64,000 nt of DNA from contig JAZKYU010000025.1 in assembly GCA_045612305.1 (NCBI GenBank), forward strand, positions 5,813 to 69,812. Reading direction: 5' to 3'. This document shows positions 55,001 through 64,000 of the stretch, piece by piece; positions within the stretch are counted from its first letter, which is position 1, and the number at the start of each line of letters is the position of its first letter. The position numbers and the translations under genes are program-made. This DNA is from Bacteroidaceae bacterium. Lineage in GTDB: Bacteria; Bacteroidota; Bacteroidia; Bacteroidales; Bacteroidaceae. The notes under the pieces were generated by a model. The model had not been told where the DNA came from. It worked only from the letters and a program-made list of their open reading frames with translations, and ran no database searches.

Positions 55001-55896
55001 TGTGGGTTGCTCTTGCTTTTGTGTCGGCAGCCCTGCTTGGTTGTTACGACTTTTTTAAGAAGGTTTCGCTCAAGGATAACTCTGTGGTGGGCGTGCTCTT
55101 CCTTAATACGCTTTTTTCGGCAATTATATTTTCTCCCTTCATCGCTCTGTCGCGTTGTGGGGTTATTACCGACGGAGCGCTTTTTGTACCTTCGGCTCCG
55201 CTTGAAACACACTTGCTGTTGCTGCTCAAGGCTGTTATAGTGCTCTCGTCGTGGCTTTGCGGTTATATAGCCATTAAGCACCTGCCCATAACCATAGTGT
55301 CGCCCATACAGTCTACACGCCCCGTGCTTGTGCTCCTGGGTGCGCTCTTTCTTTTTGGCGAGCAGCTCAACGCCTATCAGTGGGTGGGTGTGCTCATCGC
55401 TATTATATCGGTCTTTTTGTTGAGCCGCAGCAGCAAACGCGAAGGTATAATATTTGTGCGCAACAAGTGGATAGTTTTTGTAGCTCTTGCGGCCCTCTTT
55501 GGTGCTGTGAGCGCCCTCTACGACAAATATCTTATGCGCAGCCTCTCGCCCGTGCTTGTGCAGAGCTGGTTTAACCTCTATCAGGCCTTGCTGATGGGTG
55601 TGCTCATAGTTGTGCTTAATATTCTTCTGCCCGAACAACGTGCCAAGAAACTTTTTTGGCGGTGGAGCATACCTATGATAAGTCTCTTTCTTGCTGTGGC
55701 CGACTTTTGTTACTTCACAGCCTTGGCACAAGATGGTGCGCTCATAGCTGTGGTCTCTATGATAAGGCGCGGTAGCGTGGTTGTAGCCTTCCTTTTTGGT
55801 GCATTGCTCTTGCACGAGAAAAACCTCAAGAGCAAGGCTTTCGATATATTGCTTATACTTATAGGTCTCTTCTTCTTATACTTGGGTTCTCGATGA
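54997..55896 (+). CDS. EamA/DMT-superfamily transporter
   Basis: 299 aa, 10 TM in two EamA-like halves. ATGA overlap with truA. Confidence 0.75.
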   Translation: MMWVALAFVSAALLGCYDFFKKVSLKDNSVVGVLFLNTLFSAIIFSPFIALSRCGVITDGALFVPSAPLETHLLLLLKAVIVLSSWLCGYIAIKHLPITIVSPIQSTRPVLVLLGALFLFGEQLNAYQWVGVLIAIISVFLLSRSSKREGIIFVRNKWIVFVALAALFGAVSALYDKYLMRSLSPVLVQSWFNLYQALLMGVLIVVLNILLPEQRAKKLFWRWSIPMISLFLAVADFCYFTALAQDGALIAVVSMIRRGSVVVAFLFGALLLHEKNLKSKAFDILLILIGLFFLYLGSR

Positions 55897-56501
55897 AAAA
55901 ACTGAATATACTCCTCTTGTTTGCTTTGTTGGCGTGTGGTGCTGTGGCGCAAGATATGCGCTCGTTGTTTCTTGCAGCCCCCGACACTGTTTTCCCCTTG
56001 CTCACACAGAACAACCGTGCCGACTGTGTCGATTTTATCAATGCGGGTATGCGTGCGAGGGTAACTAACCGTCTCGACGGCACCTCGGAGCTGCTTGCAA
56101 TAACACCCACCTATCTTGAGATGCGCAGCAGCGAAAGTTCTACCGTGCAGATGAGGCTGCTGCCTTGTGAGGGCGATACTGTGATTGCAGTTGTGAGGAG
56201 CGTGTGTGCCGAAGCGTGCGATAGCCGCATAGCGTTCTACAAAAAAGATTGGTCGCCTGCCGGTATCTCTTTCCCTCGTCCGCGCATAGCCGACTTTTTT
56301 CAGCCTACCGACTCTTTAGATTTTTTGCTTAAACGTTGCGATATATATCTGGTGAGCCTTTCTCTCTCGCCCACCGACACCAGACTCTCGGCCGAGTATA
56401 CTATGCCTCGTTATATGAGCAAAGAAGACTCTCTGCTCGTTGCTCCCAAGTTGCGCCCCTTGCTCTATCGTTGGGAGGGTGGGGCTTTTGTGCTGGAGTA
56501 A
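55893..56501 (+). CDS. Secreted hypothetical protein (DUF3256-like)
   Basis: 202 aa. Signal peptide MKKLNILLLFALLACGAVAQ. ATGA overlap with the EamA gene. The family assignment is from memory of Bacteroides DUF3256 proteins and is tentative. Confidence 0.55.
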   Translation: MKKLNILLLFALLACGAVAQDMRSLFLAAPDTVFPLLTQNNRADCVDFINAGMRARVTNRLDGTSELLAITPTYLEMRSSESSTVQMRLLPCEGDTVIAVVRSVCAEACDSRIAFYKKDWSPAGISFPRPRIADFFQPTDSLDFLLKRCDIYLVSLSLSPTDTRLSAEYTMPRYMSKEDSLLVAPKLRPLLYRWEGGAFVLE

Positions 56502-56506
56502 CCTTC

Positions 56507-57610
56507 TTACTCTATAATAAACTCTTTAACATCTCCTTTGTTGTGCTTGCCCAGCAGCGCCCTGCAGTCGTTTATAAACTGCAGCATCTTGTTCCTTGCA
56601 GCCTCTGTTTTTGCAAGGCTTGTGTTGTGTGCGGGGAGTATGGTGAAGTTTGACACGCCGTCGCGCTCGGGGCGTGCAACCCAGGTGAGCCCGTAGCCGA
56701 GCGACGATAACCAACAAAGGTCGTAAACCCTTGTCAGGCCCAAGCGCACAAGAAGGCCGCCGTCGCGTCCGCGAGCATACATCCCCGATACAAGGTTGCC
56801 CAGTGAGTATATAACAGCACTGCGCTTTGCGGTTGTAGAGTCTTTGCGCACCTCTATGGGCTGCACAACGTGTGGGTGGTTACCCACTATGTGGTCCACG
56901 CCTTGCTCTATTAACCACGCCGAAAGCTCCTTTATTCTTCGTGGGGGCAGGCTCACATATTCTTCGCCCCAATGCATGCAAGCAATTATAGCGTGGGGTT
57001 TCATCTCCTTTGCTCGCTCTATGTCTTTAGCTATAACCTCTTTATCTATAAGGTTAACCACGAGAGGCTCGGGCACGGGTATGCCGTTGAGACCATATGT
57101 GTAGTTGAGGATGGCTATCTTTGTTCCTTTGCTCTCAACAAGCAGGGGGTAGCGTGCCTTGCGGTCGGTGCTGTCGCGGTATACCCCGCAGTGCGTTATG
57201 CCCAAAGAGTCCATCATATGCATAGTGCGCAGAGCACCCTTTTTACCGCGGTCCAAACAGTGGTTGTTGGCAAAGAGTAATATGTCAAACCCTGCTCCCT
57301 TTGCGGCGTAGAGAAAACTATCGGGGGCGCAGAAGGAGGGGTAGCCGCCGTATCGGCCGGCACCTATGGTTGTTTCAAGGTTTGCTATGGATATGTCGGC
57401 GCTGCTTACCTCGCGGCGTATGTGGTCGTAGCAGGGCGAGTAGCTGTGTGTGCCTTGTGGTGTGCGTGCCGCGTTTAGCTGGCTCTCGTGCTGCATAAGG
57501 TCTCCGGCAAAGAGTAGGCTCACACGCGATAAAAAAGAGTTGTCGATAGTTTGTGCAGTTATGGTTGCTGCACAAACTATCGACAATATTATTGTTGCTC
57601 CCAGCCTCAA
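56507..57610 (-). CDS. CapA-family protein (PGA_cap metallophosphatase-like)
   Basis: 367 aa. Signal peptide, FAGDLM, ANLET, ANNH, MHWGEEY and GNHPHV motifs typical of CapA. Confidence 0.82.
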   Translation of the reverse strand: MRLGATIILSIVCAATITAQTIDNSFLSRVSLLFAGDLMQHESQLNAARTPQGTHSYSPCYDHIRREVSSADISIANLETTIGAGRYGGYPSFCAPDSFLYAAKGAGFDILLFANNHCLDRGKKGALRTMHMMDSLGITHCGVYRDSTDRKARYPLLVESKGTKIAILNYTYGLNGIPVPEPLVVNLIDKEVIAKDIERAKEMKPHAIIACMHWGEEYVSLPPRRIKELSAWLIEQGVDHIVGNHPHVVQPIEVRKDSTTAKRSAVIYSLGNLVSGMYARGRDGGLLVRLGLTRVYDLCWLSSLGYGLTWVARPERDGVSNFTILPAHNTSLAKTEAARNKMLQFINDCRALLGKHNKGDVKEFIIE

Positions 57611-57613
57611 GGG

Positions 57614-58492
57614 TTAATAAATTTTGTGTGTTGCGGCAAGGAGGGTGTTTTTCATAAGCGATACTATGGTCATAGGGCCTACACCGCCGGGTACGGGGGT
57701 TATGAAAGAACACTTGGGTGCTACGTTCTCAAAATCTACATCGCCACACAAACGGAAACCTTGTTTGCGTGTAGAGTCGGGAACGCGTGTTGTGCCCACA
57801 TCTATGATAACCGCGCCCTCTTTCACCATCTCGGCTTTTACAAAGTGGGGCTGTCCCAAGGCTGCAATAATTATGTCGGCCTTTGAGCACTCTTCGGCTA
57901 TGTTTTCTGTGTGGCTGTGGCACACGGTAACGGTTGCGTCGCCCGGTGTCTGTTTTTGCATCATAAGTGAGGCCATAGGCTTGCCCACGATGTTGCTTCG
58001 GCCTAGCACTACACATTTTTTGCCTTTTGTGTCTATGTTGTAACGGCGCAGGAGCTCCATAATACCATTAGGCGTAGCCGACAGGAAGCAGGGTAGGCCT
58101 ATGGCGAGGCGGCCTGCGTTCACGGGGTGGAAACCGTCGACATCCTTGCGGTAGTCTATAGCTTCGGTTATCTTTTGCTCGTCTATGTGCTTGGGGAGGG
58201 GTAACTGCACTATGAAGCCGTCTACGTCGTTGTCGCGGTTAAGCTCGTCTACCTTGGCAAGGAGCTCTTCCTCGGTTATGTCGGCCTCGTAGCGTATGAG
58301 GGTCGATGTGAAACCGCACTCCTCGCAGGCGCGCACCTTGTTGGCAACATATGTTTCGCTGCCGCCGTCGTGCCCCACGAGTATAGCTGCCAAGTGGGGG
58401 CGCTTGCCACCCTCGGCAATTATTTTTTCAACCTCTTCGGCTATCTCTTTTTTTATTGTAGCTGCTATGGCTTTCCCGTCAATGAGTTGCAT
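57614..58492 (-). CDS. folD: Bifunctional methylenetetrahydrofolate dehydrogenase / methenyl-THF cyclohydrolase
   Basis: 292 aa. [41 protein letters not shown]. Confidence 0.95.
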   Translation of the reverse strand: MQLIDGKAIAATIKKEIAEEVEKIIAEGGKRPHLAAILVGHDGGSETYVANKVRACEECGFTSTLIRYEADITEEELLAKVDELNRDNDVDGFIVQLPLPKHIDEQKITEAIDYRKDVDGFHPVNAGRLAIGLPCFLSATPNGIMELLRRYNIDTKGKKCVVLGRSNIVGKPMASLMMQKQTPGDATVTVCHSHTENIAEECSKADIIIAALGQPHFVKAEMVKEGAVIIDVGTTRVPDSTRKQGFRLCGDVDFENVAPKCSFITPVPGGVGPMTIVSLMKNTLLAATHKIY

Positions 58493-58513
58493 AGTTTTCT
58501 TCTCTTTTGTTTT

Positions 58514-59836
58514 TTACATTTTAAAATGCGACATAAGGTTGCCAAGTTTGCCACCTGCAACGCTCTTCATCGCTTTGCGTATCTGCTCAAATTGTTTCAT
58601 AAGGCGGTTAACCTCCTGCAGGGTGGTACCGCTACCGCGTGCTATGCGCTCTTTGCGCGAGCCGTTTATAATGTCGGGGTTAGCGCGCTCTTTGGGTGTC
58701 ATAGAACGTATGATAGCCTCTACGCTTTTGAAGGCGTTGTCGTCTATGTCTATGTCTTTTATAGCTTTTCCCACACCGGGTATCATACCCATAAGGTCTT
58801 TTATGTTACCCATCTTCTTTATCTGCTCAATTTGTGTGAGGAAGTCGTTGAAGTCAAACTGGTTGCGTGCAAGCTTGCGCTGTAGCTTCTTTGCTTCTTC
58901 TTCGTCGAACTGCTCTTGCGCGCGCTCTACAAGCGATACAACGTCGCCCATACCGAGTATGCGGTCGGCCATACGGTTGGGGTGGAACTGGTCTATAGCC
59001 TCCATCTTCTCGCCTGTGCCTATGAACTTGATGGGTTTGTCCACCACGGTGCGTATAGAGAGGGCGGCACCACCGCGTGTGTCACCGTCGAGCTTGGTAA
59101 GTATCACGCCGGTAAAGTCGAGGCGGTCGTTAAACTCTTTTGCGGTGTTCACAGCATCTTGTCCGGTCATAGAGTCCACCACAAAAAGAGTTTCTGTGGG
59201 GTTTACAGCCTCTTTTATGGCTGCAATCTCTTGCATCATCGCTTCGTCTACAGCGAGGCGGCCGGCGGTATCTATAATTACAAGGTTGTAACCCTTCTGC
59301 TTGGCCTCTTTTATGGCGTTTTGTGCAATCTCTACGGGGTTTTTGTTACCCTCCTCGGTGTACACGGGCACGCCTATCTGCTCGCCAAGCACCTTCAGCT
59401 GGTCGATGGCCGCGGGGCGGTACACGTCGCAGGCAGCGAGCAAGGGGCTGCGGTTTTTCTTTTTCTTCAAGAAGTTGGCAAGCTTCGAAGAGAAGGTTGT
59501 CTTACCCGAGCCCTGGAGACCCGACATAAGTATCACGGCGGGGTGTCCCTCGTAGTTTATGTCGGCTGTTTGTCCGCCCATAAGGGTGGTGAGCTCGTCG
59601 TGCACAATCTTAATCATCAGCTGGCTAGGGCGCAACGATGTGAGCACGTTTTGGCCTATAGCCTTGTTCTTAACCGTGTCGGTGAAGGTTTTTGCAACTT
59701 TGTAGTTTACGTCGGCGTCGAGCAATGCTTTGCGCACATCTTTAAGGGTTTCGGCAACGTTCACCTCGGTTATTCGGCCCTCTCCCTTAAGTATTTTAAA
59801 TGAGCGTTCAAGGCGCTCGCTTAGGTTTTCAAACAT
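58514..59836 (-). CDS. ffh: Signal recognition particle protein Ffh
   Basis: 440 aa. N domain, G domain with GLQGSGKTT, DTAGR, TKLDGD, and a Met-rich M domain (KKMGNIKDLMGMIPG). Confidence 0.96.
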   Translation of the reverse strand: MFENLSERLERSFKILKGEGRITEVNVAETLKDVRKALLDADVNYKVAKTFTDTVKNKAIGQNVLTSLRPSQLMIKIVHDELTTLMGGQTADINYEGHPAVILMSGLQGSGKTTFSSKLANFLKKKKNRSPLLAACDVYRPAAIDQLKVLGEQIGVPVYTEEGNKNPVEIAQNAIKEAKQKGYNLVIIDTAGRLAVDEAMMQEIAAIKEAVNPTETLFVVDSMTGQDAVNTAKEFNDRLDFTGVILTKLDGDTRGGAALSIRTVVDKPIKFIGTGEKMEAIDQFHPNRMADRILGMGDVVSLVERAQEQFDEEEAKKLQRKLARNQFDFNDFLTQIEQIKKMGNIKDLMGMIPGVGKAIKDIDIDDNAFKSVEAIIRSMTPKERANPDIINGSRKERIARGSGTTLQEVNRLMKQFEQIRKAMKSVAGGKLGNLMSHFKM

Positions 59837-59860
59837 ATTGTTCTTAAATTATAATTGTTG

Positions 59861-60913
59861 TTATTTTTCTATTCTAATTATTCCTCCTGTAGCTGTGTCG
59901 AAGGTTACTTTTGTGGTAGCGTTCTTGTTGAAAAGTACCTTTGAGAGCACCTCTGTTGTTCCAAACTGAGCTATGCTGACCTCCTCGTTGTAAAGTGTTT
60001 TGCCGGTTACATATATTTTAAGCTCGGCTTTGCCGGGAACATTGTAGCAAAGACCCTCTTTTTTCACAGGCTTCTTTACCTCCCCGGGTTGGGGTATGTA
60101 CACGCTTTTCATGTTGCGAAAATCGTAGTACACGGGTGCACCGGCAAGGTTATCGTTGCTCACAAGGCCCAGCTTGCGCGAAAAACGGAAAAGCACGCTC
60201 TTTGTGGTGTCGCTCTCGGCGGTGGGGGTGAAGAGTACCTTGCGGCTCACTCTCAGCGTGTCGGTGGTGCCTGTGAAGAGCGACAGGTAGGCCTGCTCTT
60301 GCTTGTCGAGCTCGTCAAGCACAAGTTGCATAGAAACACCGTCGCCCGGCATGTTTTCGGCTTGTCCTTTTATTATCGATAGTTTGCTCTCTCTTATGGC
60401 ATATATCTCTTTTGCAACAAGTTCGGCCATCTTTGCTGTGGATGTTGCTTGCAACATTTCCTCGGTCATGTATTTGCTAGCATCGGGGGTGTTGCTCTTT
60501 TTTGCAGCTTGTGCCTCGGGTGCGGCTACGGGTGTCGCCTTCTCGGTGTTTACGCCCTCGATTATGCCGTCGCTTGTTAGCTGCACACAGCTTGTGGGGT
60601 TGTTGCCCAGTTTTATCGTAAAGCGTTTCTGGGGGTCGGGTTTTCCCAGCGATGTTACGCTCACCCCCTCGAGCTCCCAAAATTTCTGCTCGGCCGAAGT
60701 TACGTTGTTCAAGCGCAAGAACTTTTCGGCATAACGGTGAAACTCTCCCGGGGTGTGTGTTATGCACACACTATTCACGGTTATCTCCAACGTGGTGGTG
60801 GGGAGGCTGTATGTTACCCCCTCGGCTGCGCCCGAAAGAAAGGCGCTTACATCGGTTTGTGCCGTGCTATGCAGTGCAAGCAGCGATATTAGCGAAAAAA
60901 TAATCTTCTTCAT
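59861..60913 (-). CDS. Secreted hypothetical protein (DUF4831-like)
   Basis: 350 aa. Signal peptide MKKIIFSLISLLALHSTAQ, beta-rich composition. The family assignment is tentative. Confidence 0.55.
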   Translation of the reverse strand: MKKIIFSLISLLALHSTAQTDVSAFLSGAAEGVTYSLPTTTLEITVNSVCITHTPGEFHRYAEKFLRLNNVTSAEQKFWELEGVSVTSLGKPDPQKRFTIKLGNNPTSCVQLTSDGIIEGVNTEKATPVAAPEAQAAKKSNTPDASKYMTEEMLQATSTAKMAELVAKEIYAIRESKLSIIKGQAENMPGDGVSMQLVLDELDKQEQAYLSLFTGTTDTLRVSRKVLFTPTAESDTTKSVLFRFSRKLGLVSNDNLAGAPVYYDFRNMKSVYIPQPGEVKKPVKKEGLCYNVPGKAELKIYVTGKTLYNEEVSIAQFGTTEVLSKVLFNKNATTKVTFDTATGGIIRIEK

Positions 60914-60981
60914 AACTCTCTATGTTGTTTGGGTGTGTGCACACAACTCTCTGTAAAGGGCACACAACCGCTAATTTTATG

Positions 60982-60989
60982 CGAAGATA
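60982..60989 (-). promoter_or_regulatory. Candidate variant -7 box (TATCTTCG) for the DUF4831-like/ffh/folD unit
   Basis: Third copy of TATCTTCGCAT, 69 nt upstream of the ATG at 60913. Confidence 0.35.
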
Positions 60990-61136
60990 CGAAATTGTTT
61001 TGAATTCTGCCGTAAAAATATTCTTTTACTTCCTACTTGCACCCTAAATAGGGCGCAGAGGGTAGAATATTACGTTAGTTTGAATATTTTTTTAAAAGAA
61101 TTTTAAACAGTTACTGAAATTTCAGGAAGTTTATAC

Positions 61137-61144
61137 TATTTTTG
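61137..61144 (+). promoter_or_regulatory. Candidate -7 box TATTTTTG for hpt-adk
   Basis: TAnnTTTG match 37 nt upstream of the ATG at 61182. Confidence 0.45.
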
Positions 61145-61181
61145 TGCTACTATTACAAGCAAACGCATTAAACCGAAAAAT

Positions 61182-61721
61182 ATGTCACGTATAAAACTTC
61201 ACGACAAGACTTTCGAGACCGCAATCTCGCACGAAGAGATTGTCACCGCCATAAAGCGTCTGGCAGCAGAGATTAACAAAGATTATGCAGGCAAGCGCCC
61301 CATTCTCCTTGGCGTGCTCAACGGTTGCTTTATGTTCGCAGCCGAGCTTATGCGCCACCTCGAGGTAGAGTGCGAAATCTCCTTCGTAAAGCTCTCTTCT
61401 TACCAGGGAACAACCACCACAGGTGTTATACGCGAGGTGCTTGGCCTCACCGAGAGCCTTGCAGGCCGCGATGTGATAATTGTTGAAGATATTGTCGACA
61501 CCGGTTACACAATGCAGCGCATGATAGAGAGCCTTGGCACCCGCGAGCCCGCATCGGTGCAGATAGCTTCTCTCATCCTCAAACCTGCGCGTTTGCAGGT
61601 GCCCGTAGATGTTAAGTACAGCGCCTTCACCATTCCCGACCGCTTCATCGTGGGCTATGGTCTCGACTACGATGGTCTTGGACGTAACTTCCCCGACATT
61701 TACGAAGTTGTAGAAGAATAA
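61182..61721 (+). CDS. hpt: Hypoxanthine phosphoribosyltransferase
   Basis: 179 aa. PRPP-binding VIIVEDIVDTGYT and FIVGYGLDY motifs. Confidence 0.93.
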   Translation: MSRIKLHDKTFETAISHEEIVTAIKRLAAEINKDYAGKRPILLGVLNGCFMFAAELMRHLEVECEISFVKLSSYQGTTTTGVIREVLGLTESLAGRDVIIVEDIVDTGYTMQRMIESLGTREPASVQIASLILKPARLQVPVDVKYSAFTIPDRFIVGYGLDYDGLGRNFPDIYEVVEE

Positions 61722-61747
61722 GTTAAGAACAAACAGACTATAAAACT

Positions 61748-62320
61748 ATGTTGAATATAGTAATTTTTGGCGCCCCCGGCTCGGGCAAAGGCACCCAGAG
61801 CGAACGAATAGTTGAAAAATACAATATAGACCACATCTCTACAGGCGATGTCCTGCGTGCCGAAATTAAAGCCGGCAGCGAGTTGGGCTCTCTTGCCAAG
61901 CAACTCATAGATAACGGTCAGCTCATCCCCGATGAGTTGATGCTCGATATCCTCGCCTCAAAGCTCGATGCCCTTGTCGATAGCAAGGGTGTTATCTTCG
62001 ACGGTTTCCCCCGCACCATAGCACAAGCCGAGGCTCTCAAAGCTATGCTTGCAAAGCGTGGTCAGCAGGTTACCGCTATGCTTGAGCTCGATGTTCCCGA
62101 GGATGAGCTTATGGACCGCCTCATTAAACGTGGTCAGCTTTCGGGCCGTGCCGACGACAACGAGGAGACTATTAAAAAACGCCTTGTAGTATATCGCGAG
62201 CAGACAGCCCCCCTCAAAGAGTGGTACAAGAACGATGGCAAGCACTGCTACATCAATGGTCTTGGCGACCTCGACCGCATCTTCGCCGACATAGTTACCG
62301 CTATCGACGCAAGAATTTAA
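61748..62320 (+). CDS. adk: Adenylate kinase (short type, no zinc lid)
   Basis: 190 aa. GAPGSGKGTQ P-loop, ISTGDVLR, GFPRT, RADDNEETIKKRL. Confidence 0.95.
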   Translation: MLNIVIFGAPGSGKGTQSERIVEKYNIDHISTGDVLRAEIKAGSELGSLAKQLIDNGQLIPDELMLDILASKLDALVDSKGVIFDGFPRTIAQAEALKAMLAKRGQQVTAMLELDVPEDELMDRLIKRGQLSGRADDNEETIKKRLVVYREQTAPLKEWYKNDGKHCYINGLGDLDRIFADIVTAIDARI

Positions 62321-62333
62321 TAAAAACAGTATA

Positions 62334-62377
62334 GAAAGAGTGCGTGCAGAGAGAGTTTGTACGCCCTCTTTTTTTTG
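62334..62377 (+). terminator. Hairpin terminator after adk
   Basis: GAAAGAGTGCGT ... ACGCCCTCTTTC-type stem with one mismatch, followed by a T8 run. Confidence 0.65.
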
Positions 62378-62448
62378 AAAGACAAAAAAAGAGCATCGGG
62401 CGTGGAAAAGTACCGCGCTTCTTTGTTAAAATACAAAACACGGGTTTT

Positions 62449-63606
62449 ATGGCAGAATCGAACTTTATAGACTATGTGAAAATTGTGTGTCGCTCGGGTC
62501 GTGGAGGCCGCGGTATGGCACACTTGCACCGTGCAAAATATATCCCCAACGGAGGCCCCGATGGTGGAGACGGTGGTAAGGGTGGCGACATCATACTGCG
62601 TGGTAACCGTAATTATTGGACCCTGCTTCACCTCAAGTATCAGCGTCACGTCTTTGCAGGTAACGGCCAGAACGGTGGCATAAACAAGAGCACCGGCGCC
62701 GACGGCGAGAGCAAGATAATAGATGTACCTTGTGGCACCGTAGCCTATAATGCCGAAACCGGTGAGTTCCTTTGCGATGTTATGGAGGACGGCCAGCTTG
62801 TAACCCTGCTCAAGGGTGGTCGTGGCGGTCTTGGTAACGTGCACTTTGCAACGCCCACCCGTCAGGCGCCTCGCTTTGCACAGCCCGGCGAGCCTATGCG
62901 CGAGCTCACCGTAACCCTGGAACTCAAGCTCCTTGCCGATGTGGGCCTTGTGGGCTTCCCCAACGCGGGAAAATCTACCCTCCTTTCAACCCTCTCGGCT
63001 GCAAAACCCAAGATAGCAAACTACCCCTTTACCACTATGGAACCGCAGCTCGGCATCGTGTCCCACCGCGATAACAAATCCTTTGTTATGGCCGACATAC
63101 CCGGTATCATCGAGGGAGCAAGCCAGGGCCGTGGTCTCGGTCTTCGTTTCTTGCGTCACATAGAGCGCAACTCCTTGTTGCTCTTTATGGTGCCTGCCGA
63201 CACCGACGACATAAAGCGTGAGTACGAGATTTTGCTCAATGAGCTTGCAACCTTCAACCCTGAGATGCTCGACAAGCAACGCGTGCTTGCTATAACAAAG
63301 TGCGACCTCATAGACGAGGAGTTAAAAGAGATGCTCACACCCACCCTCCCAGAGGACGTGCCCTGCGTCTTTATATCGGCTCCTACGGGCGAAGGCATAC
63401 AGCAACTGAAAGATACCTTGTGGGACGCTCTAAATAGCGAGGAAAACCGTATGGCGGCTGTTAAGCGCGACGAACTTGTGCACCGCGACTACGATGCGCG
63501 TATGCTCGCCAGTGACTTTGCCGACTGGGAGAGCGACTTTGTCGACGAAGCTCCTGATGAAGAAGAGGATTTTAATTACGAGGAGTTCGATTTCGACGAG
63601 GAGTAA
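62449..63606 (+). CDS. obg: GTPase Obg/CgtA
   Basis: Start moved to 62449 (MAESNFIDYVKIVCRSGRGGRG, the canonical Obg fold start). G1 GFPNAGKST, G3 DIPG, G4 TKCD, acidic C-terminal tail. 385 aa. The upstream track codons run through the adk terminator. Confidence 0.94.
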   Translation: MAESNFIDYVKIVCRSGRGGRGMAHLHRAKYIPNGGPDGGDGGKGGDIILRGNRNYWTLLHLKYQRHVFAGNGQNGGINKSTGADGESKIIDVPCGTVAYNAETGEFLCDVMEDGQLVTLLKGGRGGLGNVHFATPTRQAPRFAQPGEPMRELTVTLELKLLADVGLVGFPNAGKSTLLSTLSAAKPKIANYPFTTMEPQLGIVSHRDNKSFVMADIPGIIEGASQGRGLGLRFLRHIERNSLLLFMVPADTDDIKREYEILLNELATFNPEMLDKQRVLAITKCDLIDEELKEMLTPTLPEDVPCVFISAPTGEGIQQLKDTLWDALNSEENRMAAVKRDELVHRDYDARMLASDFADWESDFVDEAPDEEEDFNYEEFDFDEE

Positions 63607-63621
63607 TTCTGTTTCATACAT

Positions 63622-63668
63622 AAAAGTTCCTCCTGCAAGCTCTTATAGCTTTGCAGGAGGAACTTTTT
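63622..63668 (+). terminator. Hairpin terminator after obg
   Basis: AAAAGTTCCTCCTGCAAGCT ... AGCTTTGCAGGAGGAACTTTT is a stem of about 20 bp with one bulge, ending in a T-run. Confidence 0.85.
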
Positions 63669-64000
63669 GTTGCTTTGTAGCTTGCACGTAAATTTGCGTT
63701 ACGCTCGCTGGCTCGCCAGCAAAAGTTGGGGAGTAAAAAAGCCTTTAACTTAAAATCTCGGTGTTGTTTGGCGGTTGTTCTTTTTATTTAGTGAATATTT
63801 TATTGCCCTTTTGGCGCCCAAAAGGGCGGAAAAGGCGCAGCACGCGAGTAAGATTAGTCGCTCCCTCCTCCTGCTCGTGAATTGCCCTGTGAGGGCAATA
63901 TAACTCGTTCGTCGGTCACTTGCCGCGTGTCTCTTTCTCACATTTACAGGGTGCTGCGCAACTCGTTCAGTTATCCGCGCTATGCACGTATAACTACACA

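Noticed and set aside
54583-55815. 410-aa minus-strand ORF
   Set aside because: It is antisense to truA and the EamA transporter. The composition is basic and low-complexity, there is no promoter or terminator context, and the sense genes have clear catalytic and TM signatures.
58296-59291. 331-aa plus-strand ORF
   Set aside because: It is antisense to folD and ffh. The translation is Ser/Ile/Phe-rich nonsense, and both sense genes are unmistakable.
1-64000. Search for mobile elements, prophage, defence islands or compositional islands
   Set aside because: There are no integrase, transposase, recombinase, restriction, toxin-antitoxin or cas-like ORFs. The tRNA-Ser is not followed by an integrase or direct repeat. 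By eye, base composition and codon style are uniform apart from AT-rich promoters.

Overview
This 64-kb window looks like core chromosome of a Bacteroidales (Bacteroidota) bacterium, about 50% GC. The lineage call rests on four things: Bacteroides-style argR-GNAT-argG-argC-argD order, recurrent TAnnTTTG -7 promoter boxes, no Shine-Dalgarno signals, and many Bacteroidales-typical DUF genes. A finer placement such as Muribaculaceae would be a guess. I call 63 protein-coding genes, packed tightly, often with overlapping stop/start codons, and nearly all housekeeping. They cover arginine, threonine/methionine, folate/thymidylate, riboflavin and thiamine metabolism, purine salvage, tRNA/rRNA modification, recF/radA/xseAB repair, SRP, Obg, LpxK and an ExbBD unit. 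There is one tRNA-Ser(GGA) and about ten clear hairpin terminators. I see no rRNA, CRISPR array, transposase, integrase, phage gene or recognisable defence gene. Eight ORFs in the supplied track carry spurious N-terminal extensions, and I give corrected starts (argR, rsmF, thrA, perR, recF, rsmE, truA, obg). I do not see convincing evidence of a new multi-gene system. The items most worth a second look are: (1) a triplicated ~85-bp promoter-like repeat upstream of recF, with a fourth diverged copy upstream of mnmA; (2) a tightly coupled GH3-family adenylating enzyme, Ig-like lipoprotein and DUF3108 operon with no assigned bacterial function; (3) an ORF-free, hairpin-rich stretch behind a promoter-like box at the right edge; (4) a repeat- and hairpin-containing long leader of an ABC-F gene; (5) a PerR / reverse-rubrerythrin pair with a candidate operator. 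All protein calls rest on motifs read by eye and remembered family signatures. No database search was possible.
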